Shown here: in pieces, positions 36,236-49,200 of the stretch
Numbering within the stretch: the stretch's first letter is position 1
Layout: each line of letters begins with the position of its first letter
Assembly: GCF_018350175.1 (NCBI RefSeq)
Contig: NC_058369.1
Location: 134,168,001 to 134,232,000, forward strand
DNA length: 64,000 nucleotides
Direction of reading: 5' to 3'
Source: Felis catus
Taxonomy: Eukaryota
The notes under the pieces: generated by a model
Told to the model about the DNA's origin: nothing
The model's input: only the letters and a program-made list of their open reading frames with translations
The model's database searches: none
Made by a program: the position numbers and the translations under genes

Positions 36236-39200
36236 TAGGATCTACACATGAAAAATAGGTGATAGGTCATAATCTGAAAGATGGACGTGGGCTCCTCTAA
36301 GGGCGTCAGCACCTTGATTCAAAGCATTTTCACATTTGCTCTTAGTGTGTTTAATGGAAAAGAAGTGTCTGTAAAAAGACTTCTAAAAAAGTCATTCAAA
36401 TAATCATTATATTTATAGTTTTTATGAAATAAGAATGATTTTGAAAGATTGTTCTAGAGTTTTAGAAGTCAGTTTTTTCATGGGGGCAAAAAGAGGACAA
36501 TGTGAAAAAAAAGACCTTGATAAGGTGAACAAGTTTTTCTTTTCTCTAACCATAAAGACTGTCCTTCAAAGTTGCTTATTTCACAGTTTTTTAAAGGCTA
36601 CACATTTTGATGCATAGCTAAACAGGCAAAACTCTTGAGTTTTAGGTTCATAATTCTAATAAGAACACATGGTGAATTCAATGATAGAGTTTACTATGAG
36701 GATTGAGTCACTTAAAATCCTAGTTAATTTTTGTAGGATCAAAATTACAATATTTATAACAACAATGAATTAGCAGTCATGATTCTTCACGGAAGATGTC
36801 CTTTGGTCAAAGGATTGCAGAAATCGCTTTCTTTCTACTGCCTCATATGAACAACTTAATCCAGCAATAAAAACACACATTTCAAAGTGTCCACCAATAG
36901 TAACTTGAAATAATTCCAAGTCCCTTTTCGGAGGATCTTCTCTCAGTGATGCCAGTTATCATGCTGGATATTCACATACTGATGTGAATTCATGTTCCCC
37001 ACATGTTTGATACCAACACAGAGAAAAGAAATAGCCTGGATTCTATATCTGATATATAGTGTTAGTTATCTATCTAGTTTCCAAAATAAGAGCTTCCACT
37101 CTTCAAATCTGTTGAAATCTGAAATATTTTAACACGGTATAAATGATTTTAAGTTATATTCAGGCATACTACTTATCAAAGAAGGACTCTGTAAAAATGA
37201 AAACACTGATAACAACTCATTCAAGTAAAAATATAAATGACCAACAGCTGAACAATCAGTCAATATATATTTAGCAAGAACTAGTAGGTTGCGTGTATGA
37301 TGCAAGGAGATGGACAAAAAGTACTTACCACGTCTGAAAGATATTACCTCGTGCTTCACTTAATATCACTGAGACTCAGATTTCCTTGTCTGTAGAGTTC
37401 AAATTAGAAAAAGAATGCTCTGCTTCTTCCAAGTCTCAGGTTCTTTTCCTCAGGTACTTACCTGGCCTGAGCTTAGATGCCATATTAGTTTGTCCAAATT
37501 ATATGAAGTCATTAGTGTTTTTATTTAGGACCCTTCTACCTATCCATTCTTCTCCTATATATTTGGTATACCAAGCCACTTTCTCTTGCAGATGAGCCAA
37601 GGGCTAACATGCTGTCTAGGATTCTCTGTATTTCCCTAGTCCTACGCAGGTAGAGTCCTGGGACCCTTCCAGATTCTGTACCTTTCTCATACACACTTGG
37701 TTATTAAAATTTGAAAGTTCAAGTTTTCTTTACATTGACTGCTTTGCCTTCTATTTGCCAAAGTGATGAAAGATTACCAGGGAAATTAGTCAGCTATAAG
37801 TTTTAATACCTAATATAGAATTTATATATTATATTTCCCAGGGAGTTTTTAAGAGTGGATTCTTGGGAATGCATTTTCTAAATTCAAAGAAATATGAGTC
37901 ATTTTATCCATTATTACCAACTATCTGAATGTAGGAAAAATTTTATAAAATTCCCAATATAACAAAGGTAAAGAAAAGATACATTTAGCCTTAAAAATGT
38001 AAAAGTAGTTGTCTATGCCCAAGATTGAGCCATCCTGAGATGATGATACCCTCCACTAAGTAGACTTTGCTGGGAGCTGGCATGGAATGAATCCTATTTA
38101 ATTATAGGCAACAATAAATCCAGACAATGTACTATAGTAGAAGTAGCATGGAATTTGGAAAATTACAACATCAACAAACACCATTTGCTATAAATATGCC
38201 TTAAATCTTATTTGTTTTTACCCTTCTGTCTCCCAGTTCTCTCATCAGTAAAATTTAGAAAGGAAAGTGGATATTACTAAAAGGAAGAAATTTGGAGGAC
38301 AAAAACATAGAGTATGGGGGGGGGGCAGGAAAAAATAAGACAATGCTATAAGGAAGTGGAAAAAAAAGTTTCCCAAATTTATTTTCCCTAAAATAAAAGA
38401 ACATAGAAGCACCCATTTTCTCTTCTAACTTCTCATTATGGTGTTTCTTAACCAAGGGTGCCTCTCAGCATCACTCGGGAGTTTTTCCAAAATGTGCACC
38501 CTGGTGAGGAACAGCCATGGGGCACATCGTGAATATTAACTCAAGAGTTGCTATAATATATTTATCTTCCATTGTAACAGTTTCATGCTGTATTCATATG
38601 TCATGAAGCTACACAAGGATTAGTAGCAAAGCTTGACAATTTCTTAGCAAACTTTGAATCTGCTTCCCATGGATTAAATATGGTTCAAGTCACAATATAT
38701 AAGTCAGAGACCTGGATGACTAATGAGCAATGAGTTATACGTAAGGATTGGTACTTCATTAATAAAGTATCATACATTTAAAATATATATATTTGAAATC
38801 TGATTCTACTCCCTTGTCCAAACTAAATCTTTCACTGAACTATTGTTCCCACTATGAACAACTTTGCTCTCCAGAATCATAGCAGGTAGGATATTAACTT
38901 CTTGCGGGTACCATTTACTAAACCACTCAATTGCAGAAACTGTCACTTCACCGTCCAATAATTACGGCTTTTCCTATTCAGCATATAGTTGATAGTTTAC
39001 TTCCAGAATGTGAATTTTTCACCTTTTGTCTCTNNNNNNNNNNNNNNNNNNNNNNNNNNNNNNNNNNNNNNNNNNNNNNNNNNNNNNNNNNNNNNNNNNN
39101 NNNNNNNNNNNNNNNNNNNNNNNNNNNNNNNNNNNNNNNNNNNNNNNNNNNNNNNNNNNNNNNNNNNNNNNNNNNNNNNNNNNNNNNNNNNNNNNNNNNN

Positions 39201-40413
39201 NNNNNNNNNNNNNNNNNNNNNNNNNNNNNNNNNNNNNNNNNNNNNNNNNNNNNNNNNNNNNNNNNNNNNNNNNNNNNNNNNNNNNNNNNNNNNNNNNNNN
39301 NNNNNNNNNNNNNNNNNNNNNNNNNNNNNNNNNNNNNNNNNNNNNNNNNNNNNNNNNNNNNNNNNNNNAGGAAAAAGCAGCTGGACGTGGTGGAAGGAAG
39401 AGGAGACAGAGGAGGAGGGTTCTGGATGATCCCACTCTCTTTACATTACACTTTGCCCAGACAGCAACTGACTAGTTACTTCCTCTGAGAAAGTCTTTCT
39501 CTTTTTCCAGATTGACACCATTAGAGGAAGCTATTCTTAACCCCCGGATCAAGTAAGCTGGCTAAAAATGAAAGTGAAATCTTTTAAGTTAGAAAATTTT
39601 ATATCATTGTCAGTTTGGTAAGAAGAAAGATGGAAAAAAACACTCTCCATCTAGCAGGGAGAAAAAAACTCTTTTCTTTTCAAACTCTTATGNNNNNNNN
39701 NNNNNNNNNNNNNNNNNNNNNNNNNNNNNNNNNNNNNNNNNNNNNNNNNNNNNNNNNNNNNNNNNNNNNNNNNNNNNNNNNNNNNNNNNNNNNNNNNNNN
39801 NNNNNNNNNNNNNNNNNNNNNNNNNNNNNNNNNNNNNNNNCTATAAAACTGAGTGATTTTAGATCCATCAGAGGGCTAATTAGAAAGTCTTTTACTCCTC
39901 TGCCCAGCCAGCTACTCTTGGATTTAGTTACTTTCTTTGGGGCCTGTCTTTCCTTTTGTTTTATACCTTGATATATTTTATAAAATGTTGGAAATTTTTA
40001 AAAACATTTTCTCTCAAAATTAAAATAATGTAATGGCACACTTCTATTTCTATCAGGCCATGCCAATTAGGATGATTGTACTGTATTTCCAAACTTTCAG
40101 TAATATTGTTTTATAGTTAAAACTTTTTTTCCTTTGGTTAAAATATTGGAATTTATGACTTTTGAATTTCCTGAAGCTCTATATGCTCTGATTTTGCTTG
40201 TTGTAGAGTAGGTTATTTCCAAGGAGACTTTAAATATTGTTTGACACCTAAATGTTTATACTCACTGCAGATGTTATGGGCTTTTGTCACACCCTACTCA
40301 AGCACGCATTGATCTTCAAAATCCATGTAGTTCCAAGAAACTACAATAATAAGTATGTGAGTCAATTATGGATTCCACTGCCAAAGAATCAAGCCAAGCT
40401 ACACTATAATTAA

Positions 40414-40628
40414 AAAAAATTTTTTCCATTTTTATTCATTTTTGAGAGACACAGACAGAGTATGAGCGGGGAGGGACAGAGAGTGAGACGGAGACACAGA
40501 ATCTGAAGCAGGCTCCAGGTTCTGAGCTGTCAGCACAGAGCCCATCGCAGGGCCCTAACCCATGAACCATGAGATCATGACCTGAGCCGAAGTCAGACAC
40601 TTAACCGACTGAACTACCCAGGTGCCCC
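40414..40628 (-). mobile_element. Can-SINE (SINEC_Fc-like)
   Basis: Full body. Degenerate TSD aagctacactataatt / aaactacactgcaatt. Confidence 0.95.
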
Positions 40629-42218
40629 AAAACTACACTGCAATTTAATTGAATGTATTATGATAGCTAAGTTATGGTCATCATGTAACATAAAATTATT
40701 GATTAAAATACAATCACAAGGATTGTGAAACTGCTTTCTTCCTTTTGGAAATAGTAACTTTTACTGAAACTAATGTATTTAACTACTGGTATTGAAAGAT
40801 ATCAGCTATTCTGGGAATATATCTACATTAACCTATTTTTTCTGTTATACATGAATCCCAGCTGCCTTCAAAAGTTCTCTCTCTTTAGGATTTGGAAGCA
40901 TTTAAGATACTAATAACGATGTGACTGTTTCACTTTTGTGAAAGGAATATTCAGAAACAATATCAAGTTGAAAAGGAAAGCAGTTGGTTTGTACAATATC
41001 GAGAAGTTCCAATTTGCCAAATAAAAAACACAAGAGGCATTTAAAAGAAATAAAAAACCAAGGTTAGCAAGTTTACATTAATTCATGGTGCAAAAAAAGC
41101 CATATTTTCTTCTCATTATCACTCGTACAAAAATAACGATGTATCCTCTAACAACCGCGCTGTAAAATCAGTGGTAATACTTTCATTGTGGTAGCAGTAA
41201 CGTGAAGGAAACGCTCAAGGTTTATTTACTTTGGGTACTAGAATGAAACAGGGAAATCCTTTTACTACTATATTATTATTTTGTTATCTAGAGGTGCAAA
41301 GTGTGTATTTATTTCTGACTCTGGGACCGTGGGACATACTGTGCATGTTTTTGGCACACTGAAATGGGACCAAGGGTCAGCTTTTCTTCTGAGGTCTCTC
41401 ATCATGGGCAGGTCTTTGTCCCTATGGCATGGATTTGACCATATGCATTTAAAAAACTTAATATCATTAATTTCACATTTTATTTGATCAGTTTTATTTA
41501 TAGGAGCTAGAAGAGGTATTAATTAATACGTATAAACCTCTGTAATAATGTGGCTTTAAAAAGGGAATCACAGGATAGTCTGAGTTAATATCTGTGTGGA
41601 GGATTTGTAAAACCTCACAGACTGTAATTTATTGTTATGGATCAGAAACATTTTTCTGTCTTTATAAGCTTATCTACTGAGATCAGGAACCAAGAATCCT
41701 CAAAATTACACTGACTACATTTTGTCTAGGTATAATAGGAAATCTATTATTACCTATAAAACATGTGACCAGTGCTTTCTTAGAGATTCCCTTGTTTGCC
41801 AGTATTCCTGACCTATCTATCTGAAAGTAACATTCTTGACTATTTGTGGATATGGGATCATATGTGTCACAGAACAAAACTAGGCCATTTTCCTGGGAGA
41901 ATATTAAAAGCATAATTGTAACACATGAAGCATAACTCTCATTTCTTATAAAGACTGTCATACCTAATTAAACAAGATCTTTGTCATGGTAGGGTTGTAA
42001 ATTTTTTTTAACTTTTTTTTTTCCTTTGGAAAGAAGAATAGAGTCTCGCTGAACCTATATAAATAAGTTCATAGTCAGGAAGCATAGAAACTCAGTAAAG
42101 ACACTTGCTGTAAGATTTAACTACAATTTTATGCAGTCCTGTAGACAGGACCCATAAGTATATGTCATTTGTCTTTGAGGTAATACACGCAACACACATA
42201 CACAATGAAGTATTTAAA

Positions 42219-42428
42219 GGGGGAGCCTGGGTGGCTCAGTCGGTTAAGCCTCTGACTTTGGCTCAGGTCATGATCTCACAGTTCCTGGGCTCAAGCCCCA
42301 CATTGGGCTGGAGAGCTCAGAGCCTGGAGCCTGCTTCGGATTCTGTGCCTCCCTCTCTCTCTGCCCCTCCCCCACTCGCGCTCTCTCTTTCCTCTCTCTC
42401 TCAAAAAGAAACATGAAAAAAAAATTAA
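42219..42428 (+). mobile_element. Can-SINE (SINEC_Fc-like, small internal deletion)
   Basis: ggggagcctgggtggctcagtcggttaag head and A tail. Confidence 0.95.
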
Positions 42429-42731
42429 AGGAACCTAATATTGTATGTAGTTAATATGAATTTCTATTTAAGAATACTATGCAACCACCACTCAAATCAA
42501 GATGCGGACTCTTTCTAGCACCTTCAAAATTTCTCTCATGTTTTTTAGTTAACTCTCCCACCCAAAGGCAATGACTATCCTGACTTACATTACCATGGGC
42601 TAGTTTTGCATGTTCTGGAACTTCATCTGAATGGACACATGGCTTATTGGCATAAAGTTGTTCATAATTCTCTTTATTATGATTTTATTATCTCTGGACT
42701 CTTCAATGTTCCCCTTTTTACAATTTTATCA

Positions 42732-42917
42732 TTTTTATTTATTAATTTTTTTTACTTGAGAAAGAGAAAGCACATGAGTGGGAGAAAGGGGCAGAAGGAG
42801 AGACAGACTCTTAAGCAGGGTCCACATTGAGTGTGGCTCAATTTCATGACCATGATATCATGACGTAAGCCAAAATCAAGAGTTGGACGTTTAACTTACT
42901 AAATCACCCAGGTGTCC
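42732..42917 (-). mobile_element. Can-SINE, older and deleted
   Basis: aaaatcaagagttggacgtttaac...cacccaggtgtcc. Confidence 0.85.
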
Positions 42918-42927
42918 TTTACTAATC

Positions 42928-43176
42928 ATTATTTTTTAAATTTATTTTAATTTTTATTTCTTTTTGAGAAAGTGAGAGAGAGAGAGAGAGACAGAGAGAG
43001 AGAGAGAGACAGAGTATGAGCAGACAAAGGGCAGAGAAAGAGGGAGACACAGGATCCGAAGCAGGCTCTAGGCTCTGAGCTGTTAGCACAGAGCCTGACA
43101 TAGGCTTTCAGGAACGATGAGATCATGACCTGAGCTGAAGTCAGACTCTTAACTGACTGAGTCACCCAGGCGCCCC
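42928..43176 (-). mobile_element. Can-SINE (SINEC_Fc-like)
   Basis: (GA)n tract and body, with head ending cccaggcgcccc. Confidence 0.95.
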
Positions 43177-43226
43177 ACCAATTATTTAAAAAAAATTTTT
43201 TTAATGAACTTTCAGTTATATCAAGT

Positions 43227-43448
43227 TTATTTATTTTTTAAAAAATTTTAATGTTTATATATTTTGAGAGAGAGAAAGTGTGAGAGCAGGGGAGGGGCAG
43301 AGAGAGAGAGGGAGAGGGAGAATCCCAAGCAGGCTCCGCACTGTCAGTGCAGACCATGGAGTGGTGCTCGAACCCACGAACTGTGAGATCATGATCTGAG
43401 CTGAAATCAAGAGTCAGACACTTAACCAGCTGAGCCATCCAAGTGCCC
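43227..43448 (-). mobile_element. Can-SINE (Fc2-like)
   Basis: gaatcccaagcaggctccgcactgtcag...gaaatcaagagtcagac. Confidence 0.95.
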
Positions 43449-44729
43449 TTCCTTATTGTTTTCCTGTTTTCTGTTTCATTGCTTCTTTTTCTCTTATTAT
43501 TTTCTTCCTTCCACTTTTTTTGTTTGTTTGTTTAATTTATTCTCCATTTCTAAGCTTTTTGAGTTAGGGTATTAGAGAATTGATTTTAAACCTTTATTCT
43601 GCCCAATCCATGTACTTGGTGTTATAGCATTCCCACTTAGCACTGCTCTAACTACATACCACAAATTTTAATATGTTGTGTTCTTTATTTTCACCTGTAT
43701 CAAATTATATTCTGTTTTCCTAAGTGAATTTTAAAATCAGTTCAATATTTAGATGTGTGCAACTTAGTTTCCAAATATTCAGGGATTTGCAGATATGTAA
43801 TTGTTACTGATTTCCAACTTAATTCCACTGTGGTCAGAGAACATGTATCTGAGAAATACATAGGTGATTGTTTTCTATAGGTGAGAGATATTGGTGAGAA
43901 AAGGATTATTTGAAAGGAACCCAGTGATTTCAACAGGGTGAGAAGAGTGACATAGTCTAAATAATGGTACATGTTTTCTGCCTTCTATTGTTTCTGATTT
44001 AGTTCTTTGAAATTTATTGAGACTTGTTTCATGATCAGCACATGGTATATCTTGGTGATTAATCTGCATACGCTTGAAAAAATGTTTATTCTGAAGTTGT
44101 GTATAGTGTTCTCTCAATGTCATTTTGTCAAATTTGTTAATATATTTGTGCAAATCTGCTATACTCTTAATGACATTTTTTTTCCTGCGTGTCATCTAAA
44201 TGACTGAGAACGTAGTGTTAAGTTCTCCAACTATGATTTTGGGTTATTTATTTTTCCTTTCATATCTGACAATTATTGTTTTCATCTTACTCTTTGTTAT
44301 TTTCCCCATCTTTTTTTGCTTCTCTTTTCCTAGTTCCTTTTATGTTAATTGAGTATGTTTTAGTATTCCATTTATCTCCTATTTTGGATTTTTAGCAGTG
44401 TATCTTTGTTTTACTGCTTTTAAATTCTAGGAATAATAACAGACAGACTTATGTATTGCAGTCTAACTTGAATTACATTTATATTAATTCACATATAATG
44501 TAAGAAGCTTACAAGAGCTCCTGTCATTTTTGCTACTATTATCATGTATTTACTTCTGCACATATTATAAACCACACCATACACTGCTAATATTTTAAAG
44601 AGCCAATATTCTATTTAAAAATTAAGAAAAAAATCTTTTATACAGAGTCACGCATTTCTGGTACTCTTGTTCTTTCTTATAGATCAAGGTTTCTGCCTGG
44701 TGGTATTTCCTTTGAAACTGTGGAGCTTC

Positions 44730-47280
44730 CATGGTGTGATAAAGGTAACACAGCAACACAATGCCTTGTGGTAAGGTAACAAGGTTATGGTGCCTGTGTG
44801 CTAACTTATGTAGGAAAACCGAAGAGCTAGCATAAGCCTACAGTAAGACAGGGAAGACGTGCTTCGATCCCGGTCAGGTAATTCCAACTACTTCTGATGT
44901 TCTTTGCTCACTGATAGAAAGAAAAATGTATTATCTGTCAAAATTACTAGATGTATACCAGTGGCAAGGGCAATATTGATTTTCTCCACTAAAGAACCCA
45001 CATCTGAAACAACAGCTACATTTGGCATTACCATCTGATGAAGCTTCCAATAATCCCCGATCATTTTCTATGATTCATCCAGATCAATTAAATAAGGTAA
45101 TGGGAATGACCACCCCTATATTTTTCAAGTCTTTGAAGATGGTACTAACATCTTTGATTTATCCAAGAATGTTATTGTTTTTGTTTTACTATTTCAGCTT
45201 GAATAAGAAGCTCCAGGGCCACCTGGGTGGCTCAGTGGGTTAAGCGTCAGACTTTGGCTCAGGTCATGATCTCACAGTTTGTGAGTTCGAGCCCCATGTC
45301 GAGCCCTGTGCTGACAGCTTGGAGCCTGGAGCCTGCTTTGGATTCTGTGTCTCCTTCTCTCTCTGCCCCTCCCCCACTTGTGCTCTGTCTGTCTCTTGTC
45401 TCCCAAAAATAAATAAGTGCAAAAAAATTAAAAAACAAAAGGGAACTCCAGTAGCTTCTACTCTCTCTGATGATGGTTCTGACTCCTTGGGTCAAGGAAT
45501 CAGAGTGGGGCCTCTGCCAGTTTCTAATTGCTCCTATTTAAGTGTTATACTTGGGTACAAAATAACCACAGGATGGTATTACAGACCCACTGAGGCAATT
45601 GCAAGGTAAACGCAGAAAAAAGTCCATTTGCATCTGACCAGTGATGTTCTTTGTCTCCAAGGATTTGTGCTCATTCAGAGCCAAAGTCTCATAATCTTGA
45701 ATGTACTGGGTATTTCCCTTTTCCCAGTGCTTAGTCACTCTAATAAATAGCTACAAGTGGAGGAATATTTATAGTACTACAATGTAGAAGATTTATAGTA
45801 AAGATATATTATATACATCATGAAGGCATCTTCTCCCATCTATATCCACTTTCCCAGTAATTTAATTCTGATAATTGCATGGCAAGTAACTCTCTTTCAT
45901 GGAACTTAGGTCAAGGTGTTTTTCACCAAACCTAAAGTTATATTTGCTAAAAGACCAAGTAGTGCTTTAGTGCACTTTTCATTTATTTCATTCTTAGAGA
46001 CATGATCCATTAGCCACTGGCAAAGATACCCAGGGATGAAACAATGCTCACTCTTGTTCCCACATTGTGTCTGTCACAGTAACTCTGCTTTCATTTTCTC
46101 TGGCGGTAAAACACTACCATAAGGATTTCGTAAGTCCCATTGAAAACTGGGGGGAGACCATAGTTAAAGGGGGAGTCGATTGCACTGGATATATTTATTC
46201 CAACACTGCTATCTCCCTGTATATTGGTGTCCTTCTTGTACATATCACAGAATTTTTACTTCATTCAGTGTAGACTACAGATGAGTTCTACTTTTAGTTA
46301 ACCAACTAAGGAAACACTCATAACTGCTCAAGGTAGAACACTGAATCCATAAACTTTGATAAAAGCCCTCTATTGATAATTTTTGCCTTATCTAAAAATT
46401 TGTTATTTTCTCTGTGGTATATATAAATCACTGAAGAATCCATAAACATATTCCCCGGGTTTTTGCCGACACAAATTAGCTCAGATATGAATTCTTTTGA
46501 CATGTAATTTTTTTTCTTGGTTTTACTTGGCAATTGGCCCCATTGGCATGTTGAGATCTGATTCTAGCTAACAGATTGGAGATAGTGGAGACATAATAGT
46601 GGTAGCATTACGCTGCCCATAACTAGCAATAACCGTTGGTGAAGTTATACGACCTCCAAACTAGGTAAACCAGCCTGTTCAGATTGGAAAGTGGGAGTGC
46701 TTCTGCTAAGTGCTCTTTGGGGTTGGGATACTCACCCACCTGAATCCTCCCAAATGTCATTATTCCATTTCCCAAGGCCTTAATTTTTTTCTGCAAATTT
46801 AAGCCCTTATCTTCACATTAAAAATGTAGCTATAATTCAATCTATACTTTAGATTCTCCAGTTTGTAGAAGATTCTATGTGTAAATCTGAGATACAAGAG
46901 ATGAAATGTTTCTTTTTTCTCTGACACTGCCTTGAGCTGAGAATATAGAGCCTTGAGTTCGTCATATTCTTCCTTTAGTGCTCAAGTACAGTTAAACACA
47001 GCCAAGCTATCCAAAATTTTGTATTCTTCATATGCGTCATCCTATGATCTCATAGTTGCCTCATGTTCTGCCCAAGCCATGCTTTTAACAGGCACTTTAT
47101 TCCAGCCAGACATTTCTTCTTAAGAAGCTGTTTTGCCACTGGTTGGCAAAGACTACTGGTATTCTGTATTCTACTCTAACCAGGTCCATACCTTTAAATC
47201 CAATAAGGTCACATGACCATTCCAGATTCTACTGATTCTCTGTTTAAAAGTCTCTTGTCTCTAACAGGCTAAATATGACA
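44730..47280 (-). mobile_element. ERVL internal remnant (leader-gag-protease-RT start), with a SINE inserted
   Basis: Minus strand: YLCQWLMDHVSKNEINEKCTKALLGL (gag C-term, about 45950-46030); RVTKHWEKGNTQ (protease, cf. RVTVHWGKGNTQTF, about 45705-45741); STIFKDLKNIGVVIPIT and VSDVGSLVEKINI (RT start, cf. SATIKDLKDAGVVIPTT and VPDVVSLLEQINT). Confidence 0.8.
45216..45438 (+). mobile_element. Can-SINE (SINEC_Fc-like)
   Basis: Full body. Degenerate TSD ending (a/g)ctcca. Confidence 0.95.
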
Positions 47281-47943
47281 TCAGTCTGAGCTCACTTGCA
47301 AAAATGGAAAACAACTTACCATTTTTTAAAACTTATAAATGGTTTGTGAGAAATTAGCACTTTATAAAATAGATGAGTGTTGAAGAGAATGCTTTGGGCT
47401 GGATCTCTAGGAATTATTACTTTAAAAACACCACAGAATGGATGAAATGAAGAAACATTTACTTGTGACATAATCTGGAAGTTGAGGTATCTCAACTCTA
47501 TCAGTTATTAGCTTGGAGATGCCACTGAATTAATTGTAATCCATGGAACAGAAAGCTGCCCCTAGTCTTTTTTTATGGAGGGAAAATACTTTGGATGTGA
47601 TAATGAATTGATTAAGAAGTTGCTGCCAGAATTTTAGCTTCTAGAATGATACTGCATTTGCTGCATTTGTAAGAGAAAAAAATATTTCTGCCTTGCTGCT
47701 GCCTCTCTCCACTTATCTCAGTTTAAAACCCACCCCAGCATGATAGAGCATAATTCATAAAATCTAAATAACATCCAGAAACCAATCTGCATGGAATTCT
47801 GGGAGACAAAACATTCATCATTACATTTTTTTATTGAGCAGAAGGATACACTAGATGCTGAGCCAAGGCAGTCTAGAATATTTGCCACAAGTACCTTTCT
47901 GTCTTTCTCAGTATTTGAATTGAGGATAATATCCTTCTTTTTG

Positions 47944-48179
47944 TTTTTTGTTTTTTTTAATTTTTTTTTAATTTTTAACGTTTCTTTATTTTTGAGACAG
48001 AGAGAGACACAGCATGAACGGGGGAGGGTCAGAGAGAGAGGGAGACACAAAATCTGAAACAGGCTCTGGGCTCTGAACTGTCAGCACAGAGCCCGACGCG
48101 GGGCTCGAACTCACGGACTGCGAGATCATGACCTGAGCCGAAGTTGGACGCTTAACCAACTGAGCCACCCAGGCGCCCC
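47944..48179 (-). mobile_element. Young felid Can-SINE
   Basis: Perfect 16-bp TSD aatatccttctttttg (47928-47943 and 48180-48195). Most CpGs are intact. Confidence 0.97.
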
Positions 48180-48195
48180 AATATCCTTCTTTTTG

Positions 48196-48930
48196 AAACA
48201 TCATCCTTTCCTGAGTTTTCCATCACCTCCAAAACACATTGTTTCATTCCCCATTGCTGTCTTATTTTCCTCTATTTACCAGTAAATAATGGAAGTTTCA
48301 TAGGGCTCCATCTCAGGTAATCATTTCTTCTCTTCCTCCAGATAATCTCATCCATTTTTCTAAATTCCATATTTCCAGCTCAATATGCTATTACAGCTAC
48401 CGTTTAGTATATCTAATTGTCTACCAGATATCTCCAATTGCATGTCTCTTCAAGATCCTTCATTTAATGGAAGGAAAGTGAACTTTTACATGGTCCCCTA
48501 TCACTCCATTCTGTTTAAAAGTACTCAATTTCTTGGTTATTACTTTACAACAGCTAGCCCCTACTTTCAATTTGAAACCAGATCATGCTCTTTCACATCT
48601 CAGGGTCTTTTTACATGCCCTTCTGGATTTCTGCATGACTGGTTCGTTTATATCCTTTTAGTTTCATCTAAAATTTCATTTTCTCTGTGAGGTCAAGGAA
48701 TATTTGGGCCACTTTAAATGAGTAACTCCATTATTCTCTACCTCAGAAATTTTTACCTGCATCCATTTCCCTTACTTTGAATTTTTTACTTGCTGCGTGT
48801 GTTAGGTGTCTCCCCCATCCTACTGTAAGGTGTGGTAACAAATTGATCCATCGTGTTCAACACTATAACCCTGGTACCAAGAACAGTACATGGAACACAG
48901 TTAATTTTTAATATTTGTTTGATAAATGAA
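48196..48930 (+). mobile_element. L2 LINE 3' fragments
   Basis: atctaattgtctaccagatatctcca, cacatctcagggtctttttacatgc, and L2 tail aatatttgtttgataaatgaa. Confidence 0.65.
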
Positions 48931-49060
48931 AAACAATAAAAGTAGAAAAAGTAAAGATTTCTCCAGATACTAACTATATGAGACAGGAGAATTGTGAAAC
49001 ATTTAGTAATTAAGTAATTACTGCAAACAACTCTCTCATAAAAGTTTAAAGTATAAACCA

Positions 49061-49200
49061 TTCATTTATCTACTCATTCATCAATAAATACTTATCGAGC
49101 ATTTATTATATTCCAGACATGTAAGCCTTAAAAAAAGGGATGGGAAGATATAACCTCTGGCTTCATAGAACTTACAATCTTCTATGGGATACAGATAAGA
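49061..49200 (-). mobile_element. L2 3' end
   Basis: ttcatttatctactcattcatcaataaatacttatcgagcatttattat. Confidence 0.65.

Larger units (their letters stand above)
42440..44715 (-). mobile_element. Ancient L1M fragments (3'UTR and ORF2 EN region, antisense) with three SINEs inserted
   Basis: Antisense motifs aattccactgtggtcagagaacat, aaatttattgagacttgttt, gtgttaagttctccaactatgatt. ORF 43875..44195(-) carries DHETSLNKFQR, matching L1 GHKTSLNKFK. Confidence 0.8.

Noticed and set aside
27436-39971. Long ORFs containing X runs
   Set aside because: Artefacts of the N gaps.
44858-44880. tRNA B-box-like gcttcgatcccggtcagg
   Set aside because: No A-box or cloverleaf context, and it lies within the ERVL RT remnant. 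Likely a chance match.
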